This document shows, one piece after another, positions 49,761 to 64,000 of a stretch of 64,000 nt of DNA (positions are counted from its first letter, which is position 1; each line of letters starts with the position of its first letter). The notes under the pieces were generated by a model. That model was not told the DNA's origin. It worked only from the letters and a program-made list of their open reading frames with translations, and searched no databases. Made by a program: the position numbers and the translations under genes. This stretch comes from Raillietiella orientalis (taxonomy: Eukaryota): positions 1,736,001 to 1,800,000 of the forward strand of contig JAYWIR010000039.1 of the NCBI GenBank assembly GCA_036172245.1. Direction: 5' to 3'.

Positions 49761-52099
49761 GAATGAGGATGGCGTTTCCTTTGTGAATGCTTCTGCTACT
49801 TGAAGCGCCATCGGAGCTCCTGAAAACAAGATGTCGGAAACACTTTTTGCCGGAAGAATCTCCATGGGTTTCGAGCTGAAATTGCGAGCAAGATTTTTGT
49901 CTGTACCCGTTTGAGGTTTGAGGTTGGATTTTCCTCGCTTTTTGCTTGCTTCTCAGGTACGAGAAAATCTTTCTCTCCCTCCCTCTCTCTCTCTCTCTCT
50001 TTTCCTGTTTTGACCCTAACGACGCCTCAGCAAACTCGAGAAACCCGAAGATTTGACATTTCTAAAAGGATGATTTTCCCGCGCACTCAAAAGGAAAAAT
50101 AAAATGCCAACCATTTGGTTCCATGCAGACGACTCTACCGAGTAGTGAAGATTCCCGTACCTGACTGAGGATAGACTTGATAGCTTTTCTGAGGCATGAT
50201 GAGACTAGATGCGAACCGATGAGCTCGGCATCCAACGAAATAAACACGTTCAAAAGTCCAAGCTGGAAACATGCAAGCAAACAAACGAACTTTCGATGGG
50301 ATTTTGGAAGCTGCGAAAGTCTTCGGATGACCGTAAAGAAGAAGGCTGAGTTTCTTGCTAGTAGGTGCTGGTCACAAACGAAAATTTCAGTTGCTGGTTT
50401 TTGTACAGCTTTACCAACACACTAGAAAGGGAAAACCGGTGATTTAGCTAGTAGGTTTTATCACTTTGTAGGAGAGCCATGAATGGAGCTGTCGCTTCCG
50501 TTTTCAAGATACAACGGATATGGCAACTTGTCCCTGATTCCTGTGTGGAAGATGCGCCGGCAGTGGTTTGCTGTTTTGGCATTCTTAGCGAGGTGGGCAC
50601 CCTGCCATTGCATGCAGCAATCACAGGAGACGTGTGATAAACAAGCAACGCCTCTTACTCAGACGAGTCAACAACTTCATACTTTCTTTTCTTTCCCTCT
50701 CCCCCTCTCTTGTCATTCTGTTAAAATGAATCCTTGAGGGTCAAGGAGTGACCAAGTCCGTTTTCTGCAATGATTAAAGCTGCAGGTGAAAACGAATCCC
50801 AAAGAAATGAGACCCAGCATCGAAATCACGGTTCCTTGCCTCACGAAAGACCTTCTTCCCGCAATTCCGAATCTTTTGTGGTTCAGGAAAGAAAAGCACT
50901 CCCAAATAACTTAATAAAATTAATTTGCAAATCTGGAACGAACAAAGTATCCACTTTAGCGAGGGAAATCTTCGGCTTGGGGTCCCTCGGCGCTTTACTG
51001 TTAATAATTTATGTGTTCCTCTTACTGTAAACTTTCGGGACTTGACGCCTATCAAGCAGCGGTAATAAACTTCTTTCTTAATCAGAATGGAAAGCATGTG
51101 GGATTCTATGCGAGGACCGGAGCGGCTTCGTCTGAAGAAACTTCAGTGGTCGTGCAAAGAATCGATTCGCTCTTATTCTACTGAGGAGGTGACACACAGC
51201 TCGCCATCACTGCCACAGAAACCTCGTCTTGCGATTTTCCGACTTTTCAAGATTTTCCACGAATGTGCCATCTGGCAAACCTTATTGGATTCCATGCTAA
51301 AGTTGGGTGCTCGGCGATTATCGCCTCGGTGTTTGCTAAATTAATAGCAGTACCGACTTCGTGCCGAAGCCTTTTTCTCGTGTTTTTTTTCCTTCTTCTT
51401 CTTCTTCTTCTTCCTGAAATCAAAACCGCGCTTTTCTATCACCCGCAAAGTTGAATTCTTCTGAGTTGAGATTTAAAAAAAAAAAAAAAAAAAAAAACGC
51501 TGATGAGAAGTGTGCATCGGTTAAGAACTCTTTAAAACAGAGGAAGAAAAGGGCTTTCATCAGTGTGAAACTTCGTTGTTGCAAAGGCAACCGTTGCAAT
51601 CACCTGATGGCAGTCCGGGAGAAATTCGTCAAAAGAGAAAATCGACGAATTCCTTTTTGATTTATTTCCTTCCCCTCCCCCCCTGCCATTGAGCTATCCT
51701 GATCTCACAGGCACTGAAACATTCAACTCTTCGATTCTCCACCCATCTGGCTTTTCTTTCTTTCTTTTTTTTTTTCTTTTCAAACACACAAAAGAACGTT
51801 TAACAAGAGAGGAACATCCGACCTCATGGCATGAACCTTGTGCTAAGCTCAACACGGGCAAGAGATTTAACGCGATTCAGCTGGAAAGGAGATTTAGAAA
51901 ACGAATTCATTACTTTTCTAAGTATCGGGAAGGGGAGGGGTGTGGAAGGCAACGGGGAAGTCTTGGATTCACACCTCATTCTCACCTCACCTTTTATTCG
52001 CAGTCTTTAATTCACACCGTCGAAAACCAACTGCACACGGATTTATAAACTCAGATGCTGGAATCAGTCCATTAACTCATGCACCAGTGAAGCTCCACC

Positions 52100-55000
52100 G
52101 AAGAACCCTGGGCTGAAGAGGCCCTGGTATTCCTGGTGACCAGCCCGAGCTTGGCAGGACTTGGCAGCGCTGGAAACCTGCACGGCGGTCGCGCGCGCGC
52201 GCGACCCGAGGGAACCTTCCCGAGAGGGAAGCGAGAGGTGACTTTTCCATCAGCACTTCTGCCCGCCGGCCTGTCTTCCTCCCGGTCGCGCGGCAACCCT
52301 CGTCCAATGTCTTCCTGCTTCCCGCAGGTTCGGGTGCCGCGAAGAGCCGTCCTCTTCGAATGGGTCCCTCCCAAGCTGCTCAGAATTCCTCCGGCCATCG
52401 AACGCACTTTGAACGCTTCGGTTCGTAAAAACCGTGGCATTTTTCCCTGATAAGACGTAAATACGAAGCCTGAAAAGAAACTTGCAATTTATCGGTGCAG
52501 GAGTTTTTCGGTCCCTATCAGATCGCTTTGTTATTATTTCGTTTTAATGGTGGACGAAAGCTGATCGATCATAAAATAAACCTTTCCGAGTTTTACTATG
52601 AAATGCTTTTCTCTGTTTCTCCTTTCCTCTCTCCCTCTGTCGGAGCGCAGCTTAATAAGAAAGACATAAACGGTTAAGTGAAGATTTTTTTTGCGCTTCT
52701 TTTTGCTGCACGCCCGTCATTCGGAAAAGCCTGGCAAATAAGCACGTAGGCTTGTCAGCTTTTACAGCTACGCACAAGGAAAGGGCCCCGCGAAAGCAGA
52801 CGAATTAAAATTTTGACCGGGCCGTGGCCATTCCGGCGAATCCGTTTCACGTTTCAATTATCTTTGCGCATATTCAATTCGCCTTCCTCAGCCCAACAGG
52901 AAATCGTGAAGGAAACGCCACTTTGCGCGCGCGCAAGGCGCATCCGACGCTCCAGGACCACTGGGGAGGCTGCTGCAGTAGCAGCAGCGCAGTGCTGGTC
53001 TGGGCTGTGGCCAGTGGCATCGTAGGCACCACCGGCAACGCCAGCAGCAGCAGCAGCAGCAGACTCCCCAAGTGTTGGGATGTGCGGCCGTTCGGTTTTG
53101 CAGTCGGCCGTTCTGGCGGAAGAGGAGGGCGCTCCTGCCGAGTCAGAGACTCCCTCGAGATGCAAGAGGAAGACACGAAAAAGCACATGCACACGGGTGA
53201 ACGGAGGAGACGCGACGGACGTTTAAGGAGGAAACGATGGATTGGCGGCGATACTGGTCGCGCACCTTGCCGCCCCCTGGCTGCGGCAACAGGATTGGCG
53301 TCCACTACATTTGCGTCCTTCGCCGGGGGCTTCATGGGCGGGCACCGCCCTGTGGCAGCCGTAAAAAACGAGCCAGCGACTGCGCGTGCTCTGCGCCAGA
53401 GCGAGCAGAGTGACGCGGGGAAAGAGGAGGAAGGAGGGGGGGGGGGTCCAGGAATTCCCGGAAGCCACGAACCGACTCGTCGGCTGCTTCGCGAAAAGCC
53501 GGCGGCAAGACCGAGAGAGGGGAAAACGCGAGGTTTCACCTCGCGGGGCCTGAACGCCGCTCCTCGAGGAAGGGACAACGACGCCTTGCGCCCCTTCTCA
53601 ACCTCTGTCACCTTCCCGTTTTCCTTCGCAGGTGGCAAAATGAGCGCAAGGCAGGAAGGGATGCTCCGTGCCGAAGCATTTCGAGGGTTCGAGATGGCAG
53701 GCAGGCAGATCCTTCTGGATGGCTGGGCTGCACACGTGCCCACGCGGATGCAGGAAGGAGCGCCGGAACCACTCGCCGTTCGGGAAGCTTCCATAGAGCG
53801 AGCAGCATCCATCCTTAACGCGCGCTCTAACGTCCTCCTCCTGCCTCTGCCTCCCTAGACTGCTCGCCGACCTTCAGGCGGCGCGCTTGGCTTCCACGGG
53901 TCGACCAAGACGGCACTGCAACGCCCACCAGAGATCACCCCTTCTCTCGTGCTCCCCAAAGGGATTCCTTGGCTAGCGTTCTCGCCGGTCGGTCGGTCAT
54001 CCAGGGGAAACACGGAACAAGACGTGACCTCTCGATAGTGGGAGCAGTGGCGGCTTCTAGGCGGGGAGAAGAAGGGCAGCGCCAATCAGGAGGACTCCGC
54101 CGGAAGGTGTGCGAGCGTGGGGGCGCCCGGGTCTGCCTTTTCCCGAACGGTTCCTCCCGAATGGCAGCGCGTCGTCGCTGGGGGAGATGCGTGCGTGAGG
54201 CGGTGATGAGAAGAGTCCTGCTCGTTCCGCCTACTGCTGCGGGGTGAAGGGTGTGCGGAGCAAGGCAGGAGCGAGGTACCGCGGCGGCACCAGGGAGAGG
54301 CGGCTGAGGTTCTCTTCCTCGCAGTCGTCCGGGAAAAGAAAGACGAGGAGGAGCAGAGCGAGTGTTCCCGGTTCTGCCGGACGGACGTCGCCTAAGCTTC
54401 CGGCATCCTTTTCCTCCTTCACCACCCGCCATCACCTCGTTGCCCAATGCAGGAAGGGGGGGAGACCATCCCACATGTCCAGGAAATCCCGGTGCTCCTG
54501 ACAGTTCCATCCAACGCCACAGTTCCGCCAGTCTGGCGATGGGAGCGGGAGGAAGAGGGAGGGAGGCAGAAAATCCACCTACCCGGAGGCTTCCACCCAT
54601 TCTCAGCCATCGCGCGCACTCGTACTCACGCGCACTCGGGACGTGCGTCAAGAGAGGACGGGAAAACCTCGTGCGCGCGCGCAGGAGGAGCAGGCACGGG
54701 CGTGGTGAGGCACGACCGATACCATCCGATCCCAATTCACGCGAATGCGCGCGTGTACAGCCGTGCCTTGGCACGTTCCTGCGAGCGCATGTAGGCGCGC
54801 CACGCGTCCAGTCACGCGCACATCGCGCGCGTTGCGTACACGTCTGCGGCGGCACGCGTGCGTGCATCCGCCCGGGCTGTGCCCGCGGACGCGTGCGCAC
54901 GGCGCTCTTCCGAGAGACGTGCCACAACCACCCCTCCAGCGTCGTTTCCAGTGCGGCGCGCGTGGGTGAAGGGAGTTTCGCGCGTCACCTGCATCTATTT

Positions 55001-57100
55001 AGAGCTCAAGGCGTCGGTCGCGCGCGCTCCTCTGGTCAGTTAGCCTGCGGCGGGAGCGAAGAAGCGCACAACTCACAGGGCGGAAGGGCGGCAGCGCCCA
55101 CCCCCTTTGCCCGCACTCTTCACTCCTGCCGCTGGCCACCACTAGTGTGGGCCATGCGCGCCCGGCAGGCAAGCTCGCGGGCCCCCCGGCTCCAAGGGGA
55201 AGAGAGGAAGGTGTGGCTCCTCCCCCTTCACTTGGGGACCTACTTGGAGGGGTGTTTCGGAAAAAGGGAACGGAGCGCCTTCCCATACTGGGAATCACAT
55301 GCTGGGTTCGCCCTCCTTGCGCCCACCCATAGCCGCTGCTACTGCTACTGCTGCTCCACTGTCGGGCGCCTTTGGGCATCGCGGGGTTGCCGTCGGAAGG
55401 GGGTACGTGCGCGCACATTGGGTCTCGCGCGCGCGACGCTTCCCCGCCCCCTGAGGACGCTTCCCCGCTCTCCCTTTCCTCGTTGCCTCGGAAACGGAGG
55501 TCGCGCGCTCTTTCTCCGCGAGGCGCCGCCGACGCCGACGCGCGGCGAGAGCGCCCGTTCGTCCGTCACGGCCAGCGGCCACCGCCGGCGACGCCGGTGT
55601 TCGCGTCCTCCTCGAGCGGTGCTCCTCGCTACCGCTGCCTGGGTGGTCTCCCCCCCTCCTCCTCCTCCTCCTTACCTCCCATCCAATCAACTAGCCGCTT
55701 CAGAAGCGCCGGGAAGCAGCTGGAATGCGGCTGCGCAGACGCTGCCCTAGCCTTTGACTGGGGACCGAGAGGGAGATGCTCGCCACCAGCCCGGCAAGAA
55801 GGGAGAGGCGCCAGGGAGTCGGAATCGCGCTCCTCAGGTTTTAAGAACCCTCTGCCGCCCTGGTGGAGTGGGCGGACGGGGAGAGGAGAGCGAAAGTCCC
55901 AGATGCGGGGAACTGACGACATCCCTATGGGAAGGCTTCCGGAACCTCGGGGTCCTCTCCCGTTGCCTCTCGCCCGGTTGGCGCGAGGACTTCTGGAACA
56001 CCTGGAAGGCGCACTTCCCGAATGCTCCTCGAGCCATGAAGCGAAGCTTCCGCCCCCAACCTCCATCTCCACCGACCTGCGTTCACCTCTGTCGAGGAGG
56101 GACGCGCGCCTGGAGGGCCGGGCGCTCACTCTTTCTTGACACCCACGACCGCCCGTCTTCCCGTGTTTGTCCACCCTCCTCCTCCTGCCTCACTCGTCCC
56201 CGGTTCCCGGGAACGATCTGTCCAGAGAAGAAAGGACTGGGATGAAATCTCTCGGCACCGCTACCTGAGCCAGGCGCACACTGTCGCTGGGCAGCGACCT
56301 GCCCGGTTCAGCCGATAAGCGCCGCACCCCGTCCGTATTCTGTTGCGACCTCAGAGGGATGGGCGTTCCGAAGGGATGGTTCCTGTCGCCGCCAGCGCCG
56401 CTGCGGCAGCTCCTGCGGAGCCTGCTTCCGTGCGCCGTTGACAGCTCCTCCCCTCCTCCTCCTCCTGTTCCACTACCTTCTTCAGCTTCATGAATCTTTT
56501 GAGTGCCCATCCTTCCTCTTTTTTCCCTACGAGACACGGAAAGGAGATGGAGAAGAGCCCGGGGTGGAGGAGAAATTCTTTGAGAAACATCCATAGTGCT
56601 TCTGCTGTCAAAAATCTGTGTCTTTGTTGTAGCTCTTTTCCTCTGGAAAGCCGGAATCGCTGTTTTAAACGAAGCCAGCAAATCATCTGAACAACGACCA
56701 GCCAACTCACAAGTTGCGTCCTCTTTTCTTTTCCTTTTTTTTGCTACTCCTTTCTCTCCACCGCTTCCCCCATACTTTCGGTCCAGCGCAGGAGGTGCGC
56801 CCAGAGCTTTTGCTCCTCTCCTTCAAAACCAGCCCGACCCGCCATTCCCATTCGCACGTGACGCTTCTCGTTTTCGGAGCGGCGGGCGATCGCTCCGTGG
56901 GCGCACGCACGCGGGGAATCGTCGCGCCTGTCCGCTTCGCACGCGTTGCGAGCGCGCCATTTCCAGGCTTTCTGGACATTGCCGTTGCTGGCACCCGCCG
57001 CCATCCCTTCCTCGCCGCCCGCGGTTCGCGTTGGTTTCCTGGGCAGACACACACACACACACACACACCGAAGCCAGCGAAAAACGTGTAGCATATCGTG
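52100..57100. promoter_or_regulatory. CpG/GC-rich island, probable regulatory or 5' region of an unidentified gene
   Basis: Very high CG/CGCG density peaking at 54.6-55.6 kb, a TCAGTT initiator-like motif at about 55036, and strong plus-strand acceptors at about 52328 and 53631. No convincing protein. Confidence 0.4.
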
Positions 57101-59779
57101 TTTTTGATTAGAGGGACGGGGGCATGGACCTACCCCATAAAGCTCCTAGCAATTAAGTTAAATATATGGTGAGAAAGCATGGCGAGGCGAGCACTTCATC
57201 GTCGCTGGTTCATCAGTAAGAATTTATTGAAGATGGATTGAAGGGCAGCTGTGCCACAGACTCCTCCCGCAATAACTCAACTATTTATTAAGTGACGATG
57301 GAAAGAGATACTGCAAAATGCCTACGGAGAAACGATTCAGTTGCCTTCTGCTCAGAAGGACTCGCATCCGCGATCCATAGGCCATTCTGGAAACATCCTC
57401 TTATTTTTCAATGAACGAATGCCTGAAAGCAAGCTTTCCAGATGCCTGAAGGCTTATGGGGATGCAGCTTCAAATTCGAAGGATCGTTTGCAAGCTCACC
57501 GTTGCAGAGGGAACGCTCTGCGCACCTTGCTGTATTACACACTCGCCATTTTGGAATCGCCGTGTCTTTTTTTAAGGTACCAAGTTACTTCCTTTCCGAA
57601 CTTCCCTTTATTTTGAATGGAAAACATTCGGTGCGTACGTCCACGAAGAGGCGTTGTTATGTGGTCTGCCAGTGTGTTGCCTCTCTGCTACTCTCATTAA
57701 ATCCCATGTCGCCCATGGGAATACCTTCGTGACATTAGTAACGCGGTCTCTTTCAAAGGGTGGAGTGTGAACATCTGTTCTCGAATGATTTGATCTATGT
57801 GTCCTACCAGTTTTGGACGGGATGCATTCCCGTGAGTTTTTAATATGATTCAAAACTCGAGGGGAAAAAAAAAAAAAAGTTCCAGCCATTGTTTTCTGGG
57901 AACTTTCTTTGGTCTCTCGCGCTTGCTGGTTTTCTCATGTTGCACGAAACCACTCTGTGTCTGTGCATGGATAACCCATTCAACTTTTCACGGAAAAGAG
58001 CGAACCCATTTCGAAATGTGTTTCTCTGAATGTCCTTCCTTGTGTTATGGCTGTAGTCGAGGCTTTCCGGGTCAACTAACTGCAGTGGGTCCGGTCCTTA
58101 CCTTCTTTCGGGCGGAAGCGCAAACCGTGCTGAAAACCAAAGCATCCTCCCCTGCCAGAAATGAACACCGATGTGAAACGCATAGCCGTCGTCCAGATTC
58201 ATTTGCAACGATTGGTGGTGTTTGGCTGGCACGAGGGTTTGTGATGCGTTATTTAACGTATCCGTTCACAACTGTTTCCACGATCTCCTCCATTTTTGCA
58301 CTACGTTGCTTCTGCCCCCCCACCCCACCCCTTCTTCTCTCTCTCTCTCTCTCTATCAATCAATCTGTTTTTTTTTTTTTTTTTAGAAGAGGGGGAGGGG
58401 GGAACCTTCTCTAAAAAATAGAGTGCCTGTCACTCTCAACAGCGCAGCTCGTGTTGGGTAGGTCACCCACGGGCTAGGAAGTTTCATTTTCTTTTTCTTC
58501 TCATAGAATGGTCAGTGCTTCGCGCATGTGTTTCATAGCGTTGCGCCGTGGAAGCATTCCTCAAAAAGACATTTATTTACCGCCTTCCTGTCTCTCTTTT
58601 GTGTGAGCACTCAATCCCTGGCAGTCTCGGTGGAGTATTGCCATTCGTCATACTTTGGTGGTTTTTCGCGCAACTTCGCAAATTAATTCTCATTCGATCC
58701 GCTGTTCCGGGAACCTCCACACTCCCGGTTCCGGAGTCTCATTTTTGCCCTTGTGTATGTGTGTGTCCTTGCTCTCCCCCCCCCCCCCCCACTTCTACGA
58801 TCACTAGCACGTGCTCTCCCGAGAGGAAATAGCAATGCTGTGGGGTGTGGATGGGAGCTTGCAAAGGCACGGATGCGAGATTCCCAGGAACCCTTCCTCT
58901 TTCGGAACGCTGTTTGAAGAGCTGGAGGATGGTGAGCACGGAATAGTGACCTCCGTTTCGAAGAAGGCTTGGCGAAGTTCATCCCGAGAACTCGGTGTCG
59001 TTTTCTTCGCAAAGTCCCTCCTCTACATCCTTCACATGCCGATGGAAATGAAGTCTTCTGACGCAAGAAGTTCCTATAACCACTTGCTCTGCTTGCTAAA
59101 CGCCCCAAGACGCTGTGGCAGTTTTCTTTGCTGTTTTTTTTTTTTTTGTCTTACCTCTCGCTTATTCGGTTGACATCCGACATCAAGAGAAGCATCACCC
59201 ATGGGGGAAGAAAGGGTATGCAACCCAGAACTGGTTTAGAAAGAGGGATGTGCTTCAAGAGTCTGATGCTAGTCGCTTACATCTGTCTTCCTGTGATCAT
59301 GACCTCTTTGGAGCACACATGCCCTTTCAGGCGGGACAAGCGAGAAATCTCGAGTACTCAAGCGCCAATATTCCTCTTCTTGAAAGAAAAGAAAGGGTAA
59401 ACCAAGAAACCAAGGAGGCGATGGAAACATCACCTGCTTGCCAGTTGGAGGGAGGAAGAGGCCTTAAAGTTCCAAAAGCTCTTAAAATCTCTTTCTTTAA
59501 AGCTCTTAAAAGTTGGGCGGAAAAGGATATTGAGGACATGCATCATTGAAACGCCTGGAGAAAGGGTAGATTAGAGTTTGCTAGACTCTTGGAAGAGAGT
59601 TGGCAGCAAAACAGTTGCTTCTTCTTGGATCAGAGTTTTTTTTTTTTTTGGCCTAAGCACTGGTCCGCTCTTTGTGGGTTATGTGAACTCTTTCCGATGT
59701 CTCGTCTTGGCGCGCTAGTCTACACTTTTCGATCTCCACATGCACATAACAAATAGGATTCAGCTGGTCTCGCAAGTAC

Positions 59780-60620
59780 ACTTCTGTTCAAGAAGTAATT
59801 GGCCCGAGTTCCTTGGGAAGATTCCTCCCTTTGCGAATCCATAGACACAGACGTCCAGCTTGTTTTTGTAACCCACCCTGATGGTAGTTGTGGATCATGA
59901 AGACGAGGGAGGAGGGAAACTGTTCGGGATGACCCTCGCTCCTCCGTTTCCTTGGGTGAGTGCTGTGACTTCCTCCTTGTCTGGATAGGAACGTTCCTCG
60001 GATGAGGAGCTCATAGATTACGAAGTATACGACCCGAAGGAAGTTCCAAGGCAAGCTGTTCTTAGGTGCTGCTCTTTAGGTGTCCGGATCGACATGACTT
60101 CTTTCGATTGCGTACTGGAGGTACTACCCTTGCTCTCATCCTCCCCCTTCCACTCTCCTTCCCGTGCTACCTAGCTTCTCCTGATCGTAAATGTTTCAAC
60201 AGTGCTGCCATTATGAGCACATAGGACTGACAACCCACAGCTGGAACTTTTGCGAAATTCCGCGAGATGGCCTCGATAGCAGCGTCCCTGACGGAAACTG
60301 CGGCGCTGACGAAAATATCCTCTCGTCGGTGGGAAAGAACGCGTCGCTTCGCAGCTTCTCCGCGATGGTTCGACTTTGTATTTCCCATGGGGATCGGAGG
60401 CACTAGAAGGGCATCCCGAAGGTTAGGATAGGGAGAGAACAAAAGTCACTACATAAGGCATAGGCGAAGCCACCTGGAACCCTGCAGACATTGGTTCCGA
60501 CAGCTGTTTCATCACATCACCATCCTATTCCCATCTCTCAGAGAAAAAGGAGCTCTGCAAGCAGGAATGCCCCCTCACCTGGAACGGAGCAGTTGGTTCA
60601 GCATTCAAAGGGGGAGGGGG
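59780..60620 (-). mobile_element. Decayed LINE reverse-transcriptase fragment
   Basis: Degenerate motifs in the expected order on the minus strand: PGEG.IP (like PG.DGI), YP..RDALLVPPIP (like P.WK.A.VIPIPK), FRQGR (like GFR.GR), L.RGTF.SR..SHS....GHPE..SSLVF (like the GVPQG region). Confidence 0.4.
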
Positions 60621-63600
60621 GGAGGGAAAGGGGTTTACAACCGGGAAGAATGATCGAGGGATTTCTAGACTTCATTCTCATCCAGGAATCTAAGACCACT
60701 TGAGTCTAGTATCTGCGAAAGTTCCTTCCCCAAGATGCTTGCATGTGTTCTCGATCTGATTAATTCACCTCCATCAGCAAGAACGCAGTCCCTAGCGTCT
60801 CCTTCTGCAAGGTGGTTTCCTGTATCCTGAGGCGAGAAAGGGGACAGGGGAAAAGAACAAACAGTCCCTGGGACCGGGAAAGAGATAGGGAGGAACGAAC
60901 TTTCCGATCCTTGAGTGTCCTAGAGCAAGTGAAGCCGCCGTCCTAGGAGGCTCGTCATCAGGTAGGCAGTTGCTGACTGAAAGGATAAGGAAGAGGAAAT
61001 CGAAACCAGGGATGAGGGAACCGAGAGCATCGAAATCATTCTGCCCCGTTCCGGACTACGGGACAGCATGGAAGGAAAGGGGAGGGGGAGAAGGGAAGAG
61101 GGACGTGTCAGGCGAATCAAAGCAGAAAGTTTCAGATGGATGAAACCAAAAACCGGTCCATCACCTCCTAGGAAGGCAGCAAAGGTATCCGATCTAGACC
61201 TGGTCCGTGATGCTCAGTGTGAAAGAGCAACAACAGATCCTGGGATAACGAGAGAGGAAAGAGCACCAACAGGCAGTCAGGGCTCAGTCGCAAGCAAATG
61301 CGTCTTAGCACAATCAAGAAGAACATATTCGGAAACCGGAAGTAGAACGGGGACAAGAACTCTGACTAAGTTCCTAAGGGAGCGTATCTTCCTGGAAAAC
61401 GCAGAAAGTTCGAAAAGACAGAGAGACGGAGCATTGGAGGAGGGAGGAACTGCAACGGGTTTAAGCCATTCTGAGGCATTCATTCGACTCTGCACGCACG
61501 TCGTTCTCTTTGGTCCTCGCAGGCTGTTCCTGAAGGTACTCTTTTTAAACTTGCGAGGAGAGGTTGCAAAACCATCTACTGAACAGTCATGCGCTCACTT
61601 CACTCCGCATTTTGATTCTTCGAAATGCAACCCACTTTAAACCTAAAAATGCTTTCCAGGTGTAACGAGCCACATTTTCGTTGTTTGGTTTGCATTCCGA
61701 ATTCGAATGATTCAGCATTCCTCTTGGTCGTTTCTTCGTTCCTATTCTTCCCGCAAGATTTTGTAGCTGTATTTGATTGCTTGTTTTGGTGAAAAATGAG
61801 AAAGACTGCAAACAATAACAGGAAGAAATTTATTATTGGGAAGTGTTACTATGAATTCTCCTTCTAGGGATTCAGCTCCTATAGATATCAAATAATTGGC
61901 AAACTTCTGTATCTGGGAAAGATACGGAAAAGATGCTCCCATGGCTTTCGTTCCAAACTTCTGGAACAAAAGTCATGGAAGGGCGTTTTTTTTTAAACAT
62001 CCGATAAGTACAGCATTAATATAATATTAGTTTCTCAGGTTTTAAGGTACAACATTTTCTTTTTGGAAGCTTTATGATGATAATCTTCATATGATGGCAT
62101 GTTCTGCTATGATTTCCTTTCTGTGATTTGTTTCACCTTCCATACGAGTTCCTTATAAGGAAAAGAACAAAGTGTATGTGTTCATTTCATGCCCATGTAA
62201 GATGTCTTTAATTATTACTGGATAAATAGCACAGCAGAGAACCAAATGTGAGCAAAGTTACCAACTAAATTAGAATCCACTTTTACGAAAGCATGAATTC
62301 GTAGTTGGAAATGTCCAATGTGCGTGATTGTGATAACCACACTCCATCAAAGATCCTGATGAAGGATGATTTTTTTGTGTGTGTGTGCGTGATTGCATTG
62401 GACGTTAAACAGTCGTGATATGGATGCACATACTTAAGATCCGATTCTCGCATTTGTTTTCACCACTATGGTGCTCTAAGGAGCCAAATTTATTTTACTG
62501 CCATTTCGGGTTTTTTTGCTTGCAGTTGTATGTTCTTCCCCCTTGTTTGTATTTGCAATATGGCGAATCGTCCAGGAAATGCTTTGCTCGTCTTTGGCTG
62601 TTTGCAAAAGGCTTTGTTTTGCCTTTGCTTTCCCTTTTGGTACTTTCCGTATGCCAAATTCGAAGCTGTTTCCCACCTCGAAGACTTGCAGCCACCTGAG
62701 CACTTGTCCATCGGCTCGCCGTGTCCAAGCCGAGGTGAATCCGATCTGGACACGGGTCATTTCGATCTCGGTGGCTGCGATACGAGATGAAGTCTGCATA
62801 AGAAACGAAAAAATTTCGAGGCAGAGTACGTCCGAACGAGCGGAAGCATTAATAAAGTCAAGGAAAGAGATTTTTTTTTTCACTCTCCTCAGGGATCGGA
62901 CAGTTTTTGTAACTGATTCAAGAATTTGGTCCTTATGATGCATGCGCTGAGTGGTCGGCCAACTTCCGTTTCAAGTTTTATTGTGTTGAATAGATCTCTT
63001 TTATATTTTCAACTGCACGAAGAGATCTGAAGTGCATTGCACTTCTATGTGATACAGCGGCAATCGGCTTCCGCACAGTTTGCAAGTGACCTACAAATTG
63101 TCATCACGGTTGTTTGGAAATAAGCTTCAACTATTAGGCCGTGAGGAAGAGTATCACATGGCAAGATTCTGTGAAAGACATGCATTCAAAAGTAAGTCAT
63201 ACTTTCAATCACTTGGACTTTTTTTTTCTTTTTCTTCTTTGCCTTTGATAAGTTCAGTTTTAATGATGAAACGTGTAACTGTAAGCAGAGTAATTCATGC
63301 CTAGGGCGTGTTCTTTGAAGGTTTAGAGATTTCCCAACTCCTGTAGTTTACATCTAGTGAGTTTAAGATATCGTTATGTGAAAACTTTTCTATTCACGGT
63401 TTAATGATTAAATTCAAGTCAGCTATCAGATCGGTGTGTTATGAGTGACTCGTTCATTGTCATGGGCCATTCGACTTTTCTGGCCTACAAAATAGTCATT
63501 GCCATGATTGAAAGAATTTGAAACTTCCTACTGATACTCCAAAATTCATCGAATCGTCTACCCCCAAAGATAGAATGGCTGACATAACTTTCATTCAAAG

Positions 63601-64000
63601 TCGCTCAACTTGCACCCGTATTTCAAATTGGATTAAGTATTATGTTCTCTAAGTAGCATCCTAAATTGCTAAAATTCCCAAAGTTCGGTGTTTTTTAAAT
63701 TTTGTTTTTCAAACGAAATTCCATCCAGTGAATATATAAGCCAAGCAAGTTTTTTGCTCTTCGCAAAAAAGTTATATTCAGCGTACCAATGCTCTCTTAA
63801 CATCAAAAATATTTTTGCTTATAGATAGGGGAGTGAAATTCGAGATTAATGAATCTTAATTTTTCAGAATTTATGTAAATATAGCCATATTTTGCTTCTG
63901 TAGGGAGCCCAAATTTTACATGCAATTTTACATTACATGCAAAATTTTGCCGTGTGAATTCAGCATTATAGTCATACTATTTCCCATTATTAATTGCAAA

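Noticed and set aside
52824..56245. Long overlapping ORFs (312-462 aa) on both strands, including a signal-peptide-like LLLLLLLALP segment
   Set aside because: They are Arg/Ala/Pro-rich frames expected in very GC-rich DNA. The Leu run comes from a (CAG/CTG)n repeat, and there is no matching start/donor structure or domain.
62248..62260. Match to the 5' end of miR-87 (GTGAGCAAAGTT)
   Set aside because: Only 12 nt match and no precursor hairpin is apparent.
1..64000. CRISPR arrays, operons, rRNA/tRNA genes, hammerhead ribozymes
   Set aside because: The sequence is eukaryotic. I saw no repeat-spacer arrays or RNA genes, and the CTGATGA sites I inspected lack the GAAA core and flanking stems.

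Overview
Eukaryotic invertebrate genomic DNA, probably arthropod; the species cannot be determined from the sequence. Two complete intron-containing genes can be rebuilt, both on the minus strand. The first is an hnRNP F/H (glorund-like) gene with three qRRMs (8 exons, 4814->1885, 464 aa). Its 139-nt exon 4 carries the G-run signature of the autoregulated, NMD-coupled cassette exon of vertebrate HNRNPH1. The second is a highly divergent nicotinic-acetylcholine-receptor-type Cys-loop subunit (8 exons, 40080->33604, 439 aa) with vicinal cysteines, an eroded aromatic box and an atypical M2 pore. Both genes use very small introns (40-49 nt). On the plus strand there is a probable orphan secreted helical protein (about 11.05-12.18 kb). 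At 16.35-16.88 kb lies a degenerate partial copy of the hnRNP gene, abutting what looks like a second decayed intron-containing gene. The rest is CpG-rich intergenic DNA with decayed LINE remnants, microsatellites, a 157-bp foldback and several short hairpins. Most ORFs in the supplied track look spurious. All gene models were built by hand without RNA evidence.
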